From contig OY729428.2 in the NCBI GenBank assembly GCA_963422375.2, positions 2,272,001-2,336,000 on the forward strand: a DNA stretch of 64,000 bases. The letters are read 5' to 3'. The notes under the pieces are model-generated. The model did no database searches and was not told the origin of the DNA. It saw only the letters and a list, made by a program, of their open reading frames with translations. Of the stretch, positions 51,147 to 62,157 are shown one piece after another. The stretch's first letter is position 1; each line of letters starts with the position of its first letter. A program made the position numbers and the translations under genes. Source of the stretch: Bryobacterales bacterium (GTDB lineage Bacteria; Acidobacteriota; Terriglobia; Bryobacterales; UBA6623).

Positions 51147-53117
51147 TCACGACTGCGGGCTCGTGTCGAGCATCCCCCGAAGCATTACGCCCTCCAGCGC
51201 CTTGTTGAACGGACCGGGATCCTCGATCTCGGCCCCCTCGGAGAGAAGAGCGTAGCCGTAGAGCAGCTGGGCGTAGTCGCGGAGCACCGGATCCGTCTTG
51301 TCGTTGTCGAACCGATCCTGCAGTCGCTGGAGGATGTCGTGCGACCCGTTGACCTCCAGTATCCTCTTCTGCTTCGGCCCGTCCGGGCCGGTCATGCGGA
51401 GCATGCGCTCCATCTGAGGACTGAGGTCGTGCTCGTCCACGGTGAGGCAGGCAGGCGAAGTGGTCAGGCGGCTCGACAGGCGCACCCGCTTGACGTGATC
51501 CTCCAGGTGCTTGCCCAGCAACCCGAACAGGCTGCCGAAACGGCGCTCCTTCTCCTTCCGCCCGGTTTCGGACTCGTCGTCGGAGTCGACGGCATCAAGC
51601 TTCAGGTCGCCCTTGCCCACCGACTTCAGCTTCCTGCTGTCGAACTCGGGCAGGCGCTCGACTAGGAACTCGTCAACCGGATCGGTCAGGAACAGCACCT
51701 CGTAGTCTTTCTTGCCGAACGCCTCGATCAGCGGCGAGTTCTCGACGATCACGCGCGATTCGCCCGTGATGTAGTAGATCGACTCCTGGCCGTCCTGCAT
51801 GCGTGAGACGTAGTCCGCGAGCGTCGTCAGCTTCTCCGGGTCGTTCGACGACTCGAACATCAGCAGCGGGACGATGCGGTCCTTCTGCTCGGCGCCGGAC
51901 CCGACGCCTTCCTTGAGCGCCCGGCCGAACTGCTTCCAGAACTTGAGGTATAGCTCCTCGTCCTCGCGCTGCAGCTCCCCAAGCCTGTCCAGGACCTTTC
52001 TCGCGAGGAACTTCTGAATCCGGGCCAAGTGGCGGTTCTCCTGCAGCGTCTGGCGGGAGATGTTGAGCGGAAGATCGGAGGAGTCGACGACGCCCCGCAC
52101 GAATCGCAGGAACCTAGGGAGCACGGCGCCGCAGCGCTCCGTGATCATCACGCGCCGGGCGTACAGCTGCAGCCCGTACTCGGCGCCCCATACGAACATG
52201 TCCGGCGCTGGCTCGGACGGCACGAAGAGGAGCGACTCGTACTCGGAGATGCCCTCGGCCTTGAAACGCATGTGGAGCATCGGATCCTGCCAGTCCGCGG
52301 TGGTGTGCCGGTAGAATTCGCTGTACTCCTTGTCCTTGACCTCGGACTCCGGCCGGGTCCAGATGGGCTTCATGGAGTTCAGCGTCTTGTCCTCGAGGAC
52401 GACCGTCGTCTTGCCGTCCGCCTTGACGACGCCCTTCTCCTCCGTGTCGCGCTTCTCCCGCCGCACCCTGTGGCGGATCGGGTAGGCGATGAAGTTCGAG
52501 TATTGCTTGACGATCCGCTCAAGCGTCCACTCCTCGGTGTAGTCCTCGATACCGGCGTCCTGGTCGACCGGCTTCAGCTGCAGCTTGACGCTGGTGCCGT
52601 GAGCCTTGCGGGACCCCTCGGAAATCGTGTACGTGCCGTCGGCGTTCGACGTCCAGAGCGTCGAGGCATCCTCCCCGGCCTTGCGGGTCTCCAGCTCGAC
52701 TGTGTCGGCAGCCATGAACGCCGAATAGAATCCGACGCCGAAGCGTCCGATCATTTCCGGCGTCGCTCCGGCGTCGCCCTGCTTCCGCAGCTGCTTGAGC
52801 AGCTCCTGCGTTCCGGACCGGGCGATGGATCCGATATTGTCGATGACCTCCTGGCGGGTCATGCCGATACCGTTGTCATGGATCGCCAAGGTGCGCTTGT
52901 CTCCGTCCGGGTCGAGCCGGATCTCAAGCTCCTCACCGTCGGGCAGCAGACCCGGTTCGGTGATCGCCATGAAGCGCAGCTTGTCGAGGGCGTCGGAGGA
53001 GTTGGAGATGAGCTCGCGCAGGAAGATCTCCTTGTTCGTGTACAAGGAATGGATCATCAGGTCGAGCAGCTGCTTGGTCTCGGCTTCGAATGCTCGTGTC
53101 TCGGTCGTGGTTTCCAT
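51147..53117 (-). CDS. htpG: Molecular chaperone HtpG (Hsp90)
   Basis: HSLYTNKEIFLRELISN, DNGIGM, GRFGVGFYS and DLPLNISR. Confidence 0.96.
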   Translation of the reverse strand: METTTETRAFEAETKQLLDLMIHSLYTNKEIFLRELISNSSDALDKLRFMAITEPGLLPDGEELEIRLDPDGDKRTLAIHDNGIGMTRQEVIDNIGSIARSGTQELLKQLRKQGDAGATPEMIGRFGVGFYSAFMAADTVELETRKAGEDASTLWTSNADGTYTISEGSRKAHGTSVKLQLKPVDQDAGIEDYTEEWTLERIVKQYSNFIAYPIRHRVRREKRDTEEKGVVKADGKTTVVLEDKTLNSMKPIWTRPESEVKDKEYSEFYRHTTADWQDPMLHMRFKAEGISEYESLLFVPSEPAPDMFVWGAEYGLQLYARRVMITERCGAVLPRFLRFVRGVVDSSDLPLNISRQTLQENRHLARIQKFLARKVLDRLGELQREDEELYLKFWKQFGRALKEGVGSGAEQKDRIVPLLMFESSNDPEKLTTLADYVSRMQDGQESIYYITGESRVIVENSPLIEAFGKKDYEVLFLTDPVDEFLVERLPEFDSRKLKSVGKGDLKLDAVDSDDESETGRKEKERRFGSLFGLLGKHLEDHVKRVRLSSRLTTSPACLTVDEHDLSPQMERMLRMTGPDGPKQKRILEVNGSHDILQRLQDRFDNDKTDPVLRDYAQLLYGYALLSEGAEIEDPGPFNKALEGVMLRGMLDTSPQS

Positions 53118-53509
53118 CGTTTTCGCGAATTGCCGTCCAGGGACAGCCGGAATCAAGGGGGCAAGCGGGGCGAACCCCTACCTCTGAATCTATTGTGGAA
53201 CGAAGCGAATCGTCAAGCACAGACCGCGCCCCGGCGGCGCGGACAGCCTCTCTTGGGAGCGCCTGGCAGAAGCAGGCACCCTGGCGCCGAGCGACAGGGT
53301 GGCTCGGGACGACGACGGCCGCCAAGCCGACCGGCGCGACGGCGTTCTTCGACGACCGAGACCGATGCCAGAGGATGACCTGCTCTCGCAGCGGCTCCGC
53401 TGTCCCGCGCCATCCCCGGGGGCGGGCCAAGGGCCTCCCCTGCAGGGGATTTGGTGCGGCCCGACCGCACCTTCTTTGGCGTCTCGCGATTTCTCGCGAG
53501 AGAAGCCCC

Positions 53510-53925
53510 TGGGGGCGCTACGCTGAAACGACCTTGATGGTACCCGGTCTCCAGATCGTCCCCCTTGCTGGGCTTGAAGTCGGTAAGAGGGAAAATCCGC
53601 GTCGCCCTGCCGGGAAGCCTTTCGGTGAACCAGATCTGGTCGCGTCGCAGCACGGGCAGGGACATCAGCCGAGTATCCTGTGTCCTCGCCAAGAGTTGCG
53701 CACCCTTCGAATTCGACCGCGGCGAGCAAAACAGTCTCACGACTTCCTCGCATGCGACGCTGTGCAGACTGGCGTCAAGTTCATCGACGAACAAAGGAGA
53801 TCCGTCGTCAATCGCCTGAAACGCTCGGATAAGAAGTACTAGAAGTCGCCCTGTTCCGGCACTCTCCCAATCAATATCGAGGTAGACTTGCGTGCCATCC
53901 TGCCGCTAATGGCCCAGTTCTACAG
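53510..53925 (-). pseudogene. C-terminal fragment of an RloA/AbiEii-type AAA ATPase
   Basis: ESAGT, Walker B VDELDASLH, degenerate H-loop, LRRDQIWFTE and GRF; in-frame stop near 53906; N-terminus absent. Confidence 0.75.
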
Positions 53926-54539
53926 TGAGTTTTATTTCTAGCAACGAATTGACACGTGTTGCCATCTGGAATCCCTTGTGGAGAATTCGACTCAGCCTTG
54001 TCTTGCAGCGGTCGAATTCAAGAATCTGGGAAGTCTTGCAACTAAGCTCCAGAGGGACTCATGCACCGCCAAGACGTTGGTCAGCCGCCTCAACGGTCGA
54101 CTGCGGACCAACGGCGCCCCGCCCGCGCTCGCCTACAGCGACGAGGATCCGCATTGAATCTAGGCGGCGTCTCCTTGCCAGGCTTCCGGCACGTCGCATC
54201 GCCTGCGCTGGCTTGCTACGGCCGGGAGCACCCGTTGCCCGAATCCGTCTCGTGTCGGGTCCGCATGTACCGTCGGGGCGTACGGCAGCATCCTCCGCGC
54301 AACTGCGCTGAAATCGGCCCGGCCGCCGACACATCCCGGACGCGGACGCGACTCTATCGTTACGCCCGATACACCGGGTGTCGCGGGCGGCTCCGCGGAA
54401 CTCCCCGGGTCAGCGGGTCGTTCCCCGAGAGTCTGCCGCCGATGCGATCATCGAGCGGGTCCCGCGGGCATCGCATTTGACCTTCGGCGGGCAGTGCTGG
54501 TAGGTTGGAAGTCGGTTCCCGACCGCAAAGACGCCATCC

Positions 54540-55040
54540 ATGAGCAGACAGACCACCCTGAAGGGCACACCGCTGGAGCTGCAGGGAGAAGAACTCTCTC
54601 CCGGCAGCGCCGCCCCCAAGTTCAACCTGACCGGTGCCGGCCTGAGCGAGGTCTCGCTCGCAGACACCGAGGGTGTCCGCATCTTCAACGTGGTCCCCTC
54701 TCTCGACACCCCTGTGTGCGACCAGCAGATCAGGCGCTTCAATGATGAGGCCGCTCAGCTCGAGAGCGTCTCGATCTACTGCGTGAGTTGCGATCTGCCG
54801 TTCGCCCAAGCGCGCTGGTGCGGCGCGGCCGAGGTCGAGAACGTGACCACGCTGTCCGACTACCGGGACGGAAACTTCGGCAGGGCGTGGGGAACGATGA
54901 TCGACGCGCTGCGGATCCAGTCCCGAGCGGTGTTCGTCGTGAATTCGAGCAACACGATCGTGCATGCGGAGTACGTGCCCGAGGTGACGGAACACCCGAA
55001 TTACGACGCGGCGCTCGACGCGGCACGCGGAGCGGCGTAG
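54540..55040 (+). CDS. tpx: Thiol peroxidase (atypical 2-Cys peroxiredoxin)
   Basis: VVPSLDTPVC, DLPFAQARWCG and EHPNYDAAL. Confidence 0.95.
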   Translation: MSRQTTLKGTPLELQGEELSPGSAAPKFNLTGAGLSEVSLADTEGVRIFNVVPSLDTPVCDQQIRRFNDEAAQLESVSIYCVSCDLPFAQARWCGAAEVENVTTLSDYRDGNFGRAWGTMIDALRIQSRAVFVVNSSNTIVHAEYVPEVTEHPNYDAALDAARGAA

Positions 55041-55092
55041 ACCGAGCCTGTAGCGCGTGGCTCGAGGTGCCCCGCGTCGCGAAAACGGCCGG

Positions 55093-56229
55093 CTAGACCG
55101 GCTGCGTCGGCGCAGGCGAGCCTGTCGGCAGGGTCTCCAAGAAGAAGCGGCACCAGTTCCCGCTGAAGACCGCCCCGACGCTCTGTTCCGAGTACCCGCG
55201 ACGGAGCAGGATTTCACCGATCCGATGCAGGTCGCAGATGGTATTCAGGTCAAGCGGGGTCTGCTCGGTTCCGAAACCGCCGTCGAGGTCGCTGCCGATT
55301 CCGACGTGGACGCTGCTCCCGGTTAGCGAGCAGATGTGGTCGATGTGATCCGCCACGGCGTCGAGCGTGACTCTCAACCGGCCCGGCTCGCCGCGAGCGT
55401 AGCCCGGCGAGAGCATCCACTCGTCCATCACCACGCCGATCACGCCGCCCCGTCCAGCAACCGCCTCGATCTGCCGGTCGCTGATCTGCCTGTCGCCGGG
55501 CACGAGCGCCCGGCAGTTGCCGTGGCTGACGAAGACGGGGCCCGAGTAAACGTCGAGCGCTTGCTCGAACGCAGTGTCGGCGGTGTGGACCAAGTCGAGC
55601 AGCAGGCCCAGCCGGTCGAACTCCCGGAGTAGTTCCCTTCCCGCCGGCGTGAGGGGCCCGTCGCCGCCCGTACCCATCGCATAGGCACTGGGCCCGTAAT
55701 GGGCTAGGCAGGCCGTGCTCAGCCCTTGCGCATGCCACCACTCCGCTTGCGCCGGGTCGATGATCGGGTCGCATCCTTCCATGCTCAGGATGATGCCCAA
55801 GGGAGCGTCCGGTCTCCGCCAGTGGCGCTCGAGATCGACGCTGCTGCGGATGAACTCAAGGTGCCCCTGCTGCTCGAGCAGCCTGTAGTAGGCCAGCTGG
55901 CCTTGCGCCATCGCGCTCGTGATCGTCTGGCTGGCGTAGTCCAGATCCTCCCGTAGGAGGACTTCGGCCCGGCGGCGGTCGCCAATGCCGCCGACATTGG
56001 CGGCCATCTCAGGCACCTGCGCCGGCCGGGCGCGGCAGAGGAGCGTGGCAAGGCAGACCCGCACGTTGCCCCGTCGCATCTCGGGAAGACTTACGGTGCA
56101 TCTCGATCGGCACGCGCCGCTCATGCCTACTTCGCGGCGTCGCATCTCGCCCAGATCCAGCAGCTGGTCCCGGTCGAACGAGAGAGCGTTCCAAGCGATG
56201 TCGAGGTGGGCGTCGATGATTCGTCTCAT
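55093..56229 (-). CDS. Membrane dipeptidase (M19) family protein
   Basis: IIDAHLD, LSMEG, DLVH, SHGN, HIDHIC and GIGSDLDGG. Confidence 0.88.
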   Translation of the reverse strand: MRRIIDAHLDIAWNALSFDRDQLLDLGEMRRREVGMSGACRSRCTVSLPEMRRGNVRVCLATLLCRARPAQVPEMAANVGGIGDRRRAEVLLREDLDYASQTITSAMAQGQLAYYRLLEQQGHLEFIRSSVDLERHWRRPDAPLGIILSMEGCDPIIDPAQAEWWHAQGLSTACLAHYGPSAYAMGTGGDGPLTPAGRELLREFDRLGLLLDLVHTADTAFEQALDVYSGPVFVSHGNCRALVPGDRQISDRQIEAVAGRGGVIGVVMDEWMLSPGYARGEPGRLRVTLDAVADHIDHICSLTGSSVHVGIGSDLDGGFGTEQTPLDLNTICDLHRIGEILLRRGYSEQSVGAVFSGNWCRFFLETLPTGSPAPTQPV

Positions 56230-56236
56230 GGCCCGC

Positions 56237-57619
56237 TCACATCAGCCTCGGGATCGAGCGCCACCAGCCGAGCAGCGCGCCCTTGAGGCGCTGGGCGACG
56301 TGCGGATGCTCCGACGCGACGCTCGCCGTCTCGTCGAAGCCCGCGCCGAAGTCGTACAGCTCGACATCGGTGCCATCCGGATTCATAAGCAGCTTCCACC
56401 TACCGTCCCGGACTGCCAGCGCCGGGCTGCGGTCCGACTCGAGGCCCGGGCGGAGATAGGTAGGGTCACGCCCGTACTCCCAGAACAGCGGCCGGGGCCG
56501 GACCGACCGCTCCCCGCGGAATGCCGCGCTCATATCGACACCGTCGAAATCCGCTTCCGGGGCTGCAATGCCGGCCAGCTTGCAGAACGTGGGGAAGAGG
56601 TCGACAGCGCCAAGCACGGTCGCTGCGTTCTCGGCGCCCGCGGGCACCACGCCCTTCCAGCGCGCGATCAGGGGCTCGCGGATTCCGCCCTCGTAGAGGC
56701 TCCACTTCCTCCCGCGCAAGCCGTTCGTCCTGCCGGGAGGCTCGAACCCCTCCTCGTAGTACCGCTTCCAAGCGGTGGGCCCGTTGTCGCTCGCCAAGAC
56801 TACGAGTGTCTTCTCGCCAAGGCCCAGTTCGTCGATCTCGCGGAACAGGCGTCCGAGCTGCCGGTCCATTTCGTCGATCACGGCGAAGTACTGCTGCCTG
56901 TAGGGATTCGCCGCAAACGCCTCGAACTTCGCGAGGAGCTCCGGCTTGGGGAAAAAGCGGTCATGCACGTCGTTGAGCCACACGTGGAGATAGAACGGCT
57001 TGTCGCTGTTCCGGCCGACGAAGTCGATCGCTCGGTCGACGTAGATCTCGGTCATCTGGTGCTTGGCGACGGCGCGGATCGAGCCTCGCCCCAGCTCCCG
57101 GCTCTGCTCCGAAAGCCGGCCCGGCGGCAGAATCCTGTCTCCCAGTCCCTCAAACGACACCAGCGACTCGTCGAACCCGTAGGCCTCCGGCAGCGGGGCG
57201 TCGTCCACGTCGCGGCCGCCTCCCATGTGCCACTTGCCGAAATGCGCCGTGGCGTACCCGGCCTCCCGGAACGCGCGCGCCACGGCGGGAGCTGCGGGGT
57301 TCAAGTAGTCCCGCATGCCGCGCTCCCGGTTGCGGTTGCGCGAATTGAGAAACGAATGAATCTGATGTCGAGCCGGATACTGGCCGGTCGTCACGGCGAC
57401 GCGCGACGGAGAGCAGATGGGAGAACCGACGTAGAACTGCTCGAACCGGATTCCCTCGCTGGCCAGGCGATCGATGTTCGCTGTGCGAATGTCCGGGTTG
57501 CCGTAACAGCTCAAGTCCCCGTACCCCATGTCGTCGATGAAGACGAAGACGACGTTGGCGCGCTCGGCGGCGCCTAGCGCAAGCGTCGCGGCCAAGGCCA
57601 GTGCGATGCGATGGAGCAT
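56237..57619 (-). CDS. Arylsulfatase-like sulfatase (Cys-type)
   Basis: FIDDMGYGD, CSPSR, GKWHMG, SDNG and LYEGGIREP. Confidence 0.92.
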   Translation of the reverse strand: MLHRIALALAATLALGAAERANVVFVFIDDMGYGDLSCYGNPDIRTANIDRLASEGIRFEQFYVGSPICSPSRVAVTTGQYPARHQIHSFLNSRNRNRERGMRDYLNPAAPAVARAFREAGYATAHFGKWHMGGGRDVDDAPLPEAYGFDESLVSFEGLGDRILPPGRLSEQSRELGRGSIRAVAKHQMTEIYVDRAIDFVGRNSDKPFYLHVWLNDVHDRFFPKPELLAKFEAFAANPYRQQYFAVIDEMDRQLGRLFREIDELGLGEKTLVVLASDNGPTAWKRYYEEGFEPPGRTNGLRGRKWSLYEGGIREPLIARWKGVVPAGAENAATVLGAVDLFPTFCKLAGIAAPEADFDGVDMSAAFRGERSVRPRPLFWEYGRDPTYLRPGLESDRSPALAVRDGRWKLLMNPDGTDVELYDFGAGFDETASVASEHPHVAQRLKGALLGWWRSIPRLM

Positions 57620-57833
57620 GGTAGGTTTGAGTGCATCCGATTCGGCCCGTCCCCGGGACGCGGCGGATACAGCATCATACCCCCGACCGGAGCGCGTAGA
57701 GGGATTCGCCACGCTGCCGATTGCCGAAAGCCCGAACGCTGCGAAACCGGCCGAGCCGCGCGACGTCCCACCAAGTGTGCTCCGACCGCGCATCCGGCCC
57801 GGCCTAGGGCGCTGAGCGAGGGCCCCGTCCCGC

Positions 57834-60344
57834 ATGTTTCTGCTTAGAGACCTATCCGTAGCCCTCCGGGCCGTCGGCAAGAATCCGGGGTTCTTCGCCG
57901 TGGCTTCGCTGACGCTCGCGCTCGGCATCGGCGCGAACACCGCTGTCTTCAGCTTGGTGGAGGCGCTGATGCTGCGTTCCCTCCCGGTGGCGCGCCCGGG
58001 GGAGCTGGCGGTGCTGGGGCCCGGGACGGTCGGGGTGTTCAGCCGGAGCGACCGCCCGCAGCCCGCGGTCTTTTCGTATTCCCAGTACGAGGCGCTGAGC
58101 CGGGACAGCAAGGGCGTGTTCTCGGCCGTGGCGGCCGCGCCAACATTCGACACTAGGGCGTACTGGGGCGACCGTGGCGAGGCCGGAGCCGAGTTGCGCC
58201 GGGCCTCGTGCCAGCTCGTCACCGGCTCCTACTTCCCGCTGCTGGGCATCCGCCCGTTTCGAGGGCGGCTCCTCGACAGCAGCGACGACGGCTCGCAAGG
58301 CGCGAATCCGGTAGCCGTCGTCAGCTACCAATTCTGGGCGACCCGCCTAGGCTCCGCGCCGGACGCGGTCGGCTCGACGATCCGGATCCAGAACGCGCCC
58401 TTTACGATCGTCGGCATCGCGGAGCGGCCTTTCCGTGGGCACACGGTGGACTTCCGCACCGACATCTGGGTGCCTATGTCCATGCAGCGAAGCGTGACGC
58501 TGGGGCCGTCGCGACTCGAGCCGACTCGCCCCTACGAGACGTACTGGCTCAACATTCTCGGGCGCGTCCGTCCCGAGATGTCATTCGAGCAGGCCGAAAC
58601 CGCGCTGAACGCACGCCTACAGGAAGTGTTTCTCGAGCATGCTGGCGACGGAATCACGGACGAGGGCCGCAGCGACCTCGCCAAGATCCGGGTCCAGCTG
58701 ACCCCGATGGGCCGCGGCATCTCGCGCGTCAGGAACACCGCGACACGGCCCTTGGCGCTGCTCTGGGGTGCAACCGGCCTGCTCCTGCTGGTGGCCTGCG
58801 CCAACCTAGGCAGTCTGCTGCTCGCCCGCGCGGCGGGCCGCCAGCATGAACTCGGCGTGCGACAGGCGCTGGGAGCCGGGCGGGGGAATCTCATGCGCCC
58901 GCTGCTGGCCGAGGCCGCGGTGGTCGCGGGCATGGGAATGGTCGCTGGCTGCGCGCTGGCGTACTGGCTGGTCCCCCTGCTGAGGGGCTGGCTGGCCGGT
59001 ATCCGCGGCGCCGGATCGCTGGACGCCCGGCTGGCCGGGCCGGAGTTCGCCGTCGCCGCCGCAACGGGGGGCCTAGCCGTCCTGCTCTTCGGCGTCGCGC
59101 CCGCGGCCCTAGCCGCTCGGGACGCCGTTTCGGCGGGTCTGCGCGCCGGCGGCCCGGCGGCCACGGCGGGCCGCGGCTCGGTGCGCGCCCGCAGCGTGCT
59201 CGTCGGCGGCCAGTGCGGTCTCGCGGTCGTCCTGCTCGCTACGGCGGGTCTGTTCCTGAGGACGCTTTCGGAGCTGCGCGCCTCCGACCTAGGACTGGCA
59301 GGAATCCATGCCGTGGGAGTGCGCGTCGACCCGCGGGCGGGCGGATTCGCGCCGGAAACGCAACCGTCGATGCGCGCCCGAATCGTCGAGAGAGCCCAGG
59401 GGCTGCCGGGAGTCGAGTCGGCGGCCTTCACGAGTTCCCTGCCCCTACGCGGCAACTTCGGGATGAGCACGGTTTCCGTTTCGGGCTACACGCCGGCCGA
59501 GAACGAGGAAATGAGCGTCATCGAGGTGTGGGCCGGCCCCGCGTACTTCGAGACGCTCGGAATTCACATCCTGCAGGGGCGGGCGCCGGAACCCCGGGAG
59601 CTCGACGCTCTCGTGGTCAATCGCGCCTTCGCCGAGCGGTTCTATCAGGATGCATCGGCCCTCGGGGGCGTGATCGGGCACCACGGTGGAGCGATCGAGC
59701 GGAAGGGCCGCATCGTCGGGGTCGCAGCAAACGTCCGGCAGGTGTCTCTACGGGACGCCCCGCCTCCGATCATCTACCGCCCCGCGGCAGGCTACGAGGG
59801 ATTCCTGCAGACCCTCGCGGTGCGTTCGTCTGCAGCGCCGGAACGCACCGCCGCCGCCGTGCGCGAGGCCGTGAAGGGGATCGCGCCCGCGATGCCCGTG
59901 GCCCGGGAGTTCGACACCGTGGCCCTGCACCTCGAGCGCGCGGTGGCGCTGGAGCGGATGCTGGCGAGACTGGTGGGAGCTTTCGCCGCAGTGGCGGCGC
60001 TGCTCGCGTCACTGGGCCTGTTCGGCCTGTGCAGCTACACGGTGCGTACCCGCACGAGAGAGATCGGCGTGCGCCTCGCGCTCGGCTCGACCGGCGGACG
60101 GGTGCGGGCACTGGTGTTCCGCCAGGCCGCAATACCCCTTGGCTACGGTGCGGTCGCGGGAATCGCGGGTGCCGGCGCAGTCGGGCAGGTCGTTTCGGGA
60201 CTGCTGCATGGGGCGGAGCCGTTCGAGTGGGAGGTGTCCGCGTTGGCGGTGCTGGTGATCGCAGCCTGCTCCGTCATAGCCGCCGGCGTACCGGCGCTGC
60301 GCGCCGGCCGAATTCAGCCCGCCGAGGCACTGCGTCACGCCTAG
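57834..60344 (+). CDS. Acidobacterial duplicated orphan permease (ADOP family)
   Basis: LALGIGANTAVFS, LLVACANL, ELGVRQALGA and REIGVRLALG; two MacB/FtsX halves with no adjacent ATPase. Confidence 0.88.
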   Translation: MFLLRDLSVALRAVGKNPGFFAVASLTLALGIGANTAVFSLVEALMLRSLPVARPGELAVLGPGTVGVFSRSDRPQPAVFSYSQYEALSRDSKGVFSAVAAAPTFDTRAYWGDRGEAGAELRRASCQLVTGSYFPLLGIRPFRGRLLDSSDDGSQGANPVAVVSYQFWATRLGSAPDAVGSTIRIQNAPFTIVGIAERPFRGHTVDFRTDIWVPMSMQRSVTLGPSRLEPTRPYETYWLNILGRVRPEMSFEQAETALNARLQEVFLEHAGDGITDEGRSDLAKIRVQLTPMGRGISRVRNTATRPLALLWGATGLLLLVACANLGSLLLARAAGRQHELGVRQALGAGRGNLMRPLLAEAAVVAGMGMVAGCALAYWLVPLLRGWLAGIRGAGSLDARLAGPEFAVAAATGGLAVLLFGVAPAALAARDAVSAGLRAGGPAATAGRGSVRARSVLVGGQCGLAVVLLATAGLFLRTLSELRASDLGLAGIHAVGVRVDPRAGGFAPETQPSMRARIVERAQGLPGVESAAFTSSLPLRGNFGMSTVSVSGYTPAENEEMSVIEVWAGPAYFETLGIHILQGRAPEPRELDALVVNRAFAERFYQDASALGGVIGHHGGAIERKGRIVGVAANVRQVSLRDAPPPIIYRPAAGYEGFLQTLAVRSSAAPERTAAAVREAVKGIAPAMPVAREFDTVALHLERAVALERMLARLVGAFAAVAALLASLGLFGLCSYTVRTRTREIGVRLALGSTGGRVRALVFRQAAIPLGYGAVAGIAGAGAVGQVVSGLLHGAEPFEWEVSALAVLVIAACSVIAAGVPALRAGRIQPAEALRHA

Positions 60345-60641
60345 CCGAAGGCGACGCGAACGGCCCGGCCGGTCGCGACGCGTGTCGCTCGGGCGATACA
60401 GCGAGAGTTGCCGGCACCGCTCGACCAAGTGTCGACCGCAGCGCGACGGCGGCGACGGCGGGCGGCGCGATGGCCGTTGCCGACGCAATGAATTCAGAAG
60501 CGACCCGCCGCGACCGACCATCGAAGGGACTACGGAGTGGCTCGCTACGCGTACATCCTCTAAGTCTGGCCATTTCCGGATGTCCGGAGTGCCTGAAAAA
60601 GGTGTCGAAGGCAGTTTGGCACAGACAGGCGCTTAACTTTT

Positions 60642-62157
60642 GGGAATTATATATCTGAGTGCCGAGGCAACCGATTTTGCAAATTATCAGTCCATAAATT
60701 AATTTCATATTTCTTCCGGAAATCTGTTGACAGTCGGTGGAGTATTTTGATAGAATATTTCCAATATATGAGGTCGTCTATGAAGCAGAAGGGCCCCGGG
60801 AAGTGGTTTCGTAAAGGCATCACTCTGATTGAAGTGATCGCCATGTTCCGCGATGACGAATCCGCGGAAAAGTGGTTCGCCTCCATGCGCTGGCCCGACG
60901 GTCCGGTATGCCCCCACTGCCGCGGCTCCAGCGTGCAGTCCGGCACGGCCCACCCTTCGATGCCGTACCGTTGCCGCGGCTGCGGCAGGCGCTTTTCCGT
61001 GCGCGCCGGCAGCGTGACGGCCGACACCAAGCTCGGCTACCGCACCCGGGCCGTCGCCCTGTTCCTGCTGACCACCGGCATCAAGGGCGTCTCCAGCATG
61101 AAGCTGCACCGCGACCCGGGCATCAGCCGGAAGTCGGCCTGGCACCTGGCGCACCGCATCCGCGCGTGCCGGGAGCGCGCACAGGGCCTGTTCGCCGGCC
61201 CGGTGGAGGTGGACGAGACCTGCGTCGGCGGCAAGGAGCGCAACCAGCACGAGAGGAAGAAGGCCCGCGCCGGGCGCGGGCCCGTCGGCAAGACGCCCGT
61301 GGCGGGCGCGCGGGACCGCGCCGCGAACGCAGTGGCCGCGCGGCCGCTGCCGGGCACCGCCAAGGGCGACCTGCAGGGCTTCGCGCGCGGCCGGGTCGCG
61401 CCGGGCGCGCAGGTCCGCTCCGACGAGGCGGCGGCCTGCGCCGGCATGGAGCAGTTCCCGCACGAAGCCGTCAAGCACTCCCGCGGCGAGTACGTGCGCG
61501 GGGCGGCGCATACGAACGGCATCGAGTCGTTTTGGTCCCTGTTCAAGCGCGGCCTCTACGGAACCTATCACCGGATGAGCGTCCGTCATCCGGGTCGCTA
61601 CCTCACGCAGTTCGCGGGACGGCGCAACGACCGCGACTGCGACACGGCGGAACGGATGCGGCGCATGGCGCGGGGCCTGGTCGGCCGGAGGCTGACCTAC
61701 CGGCAGCTGACCGGCAAGGCCGCGGTCGCGGCCCGAGCGGCGCCCTCCGCGCCGAGCGCCGCAGCCCGCTGCCGACGCACTCTTCACGCTCGATGCGCTT
61801 CACGCTCGGTGCGAGGGGCGCGCCGGATCCGGAATGCCCCGGCGCGACCCGCGTCCGGCCCGGACCGTCCATGCAGGCCGTCGAGCGCCGGGGATCCGCT
61901 GTCTTCGGCCCTCGCAGGGCACGCAAGCGGCTTGCAAGGGGTGCCCTCCACCGCCAACCGGATTCCACCGGGGCATGCGAGGGGGCCTCTCTTATCCGTG
62001 CCTCGTCCATTCCGCTGGCAGGTTCGATTCAGATACGATCCCACCTTTCCGTGCCTACCGCGGCCGCATTCGAATGACCCCAGCCAGACGCCGACCTCCC
62101 TGCTCACAGCAGTTCTCGTCGGACATGGCGTTGTCGGCACTCAGATATATAATTCCC
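60642..62157 (+). mobile_element. IS1595-family (ISNwi1-like) copy F, full length, 8-bp TSD TAACTTTT
   Basis: TIR GGGAATTATATATCTGAGTGCCGA at both ends; TAACTTTT at 60634-60641 and 62158-62165. Confidence 0.93.
60780..61736 (+). CDS. IS1595 transposase (open frame; native stop mutated to CGA, so it reads through)
   Basis: CPHC/CRGC Zn ribbon, EVDET, SDE and HTNGIESFWS; CGA at 61734-61736 where copies B and D have TGA. Confidence 0.85.

Noticed and set aside
53118..53250. CIRCE/HrcA operator upstream of htpG
   Set aside because: No TTAGCACTC-N9-GAGTGCTAA-like repeat found.
131..62157. Recurring 24-bp GGGAATTATATATCTGAGTGCCGA as a possible CRISPR repeat
   Set aside because: Copies are dispersed, occur in both orientations and bound transposase genes; they are IS TIRs, with no regular spacers or cas genes.
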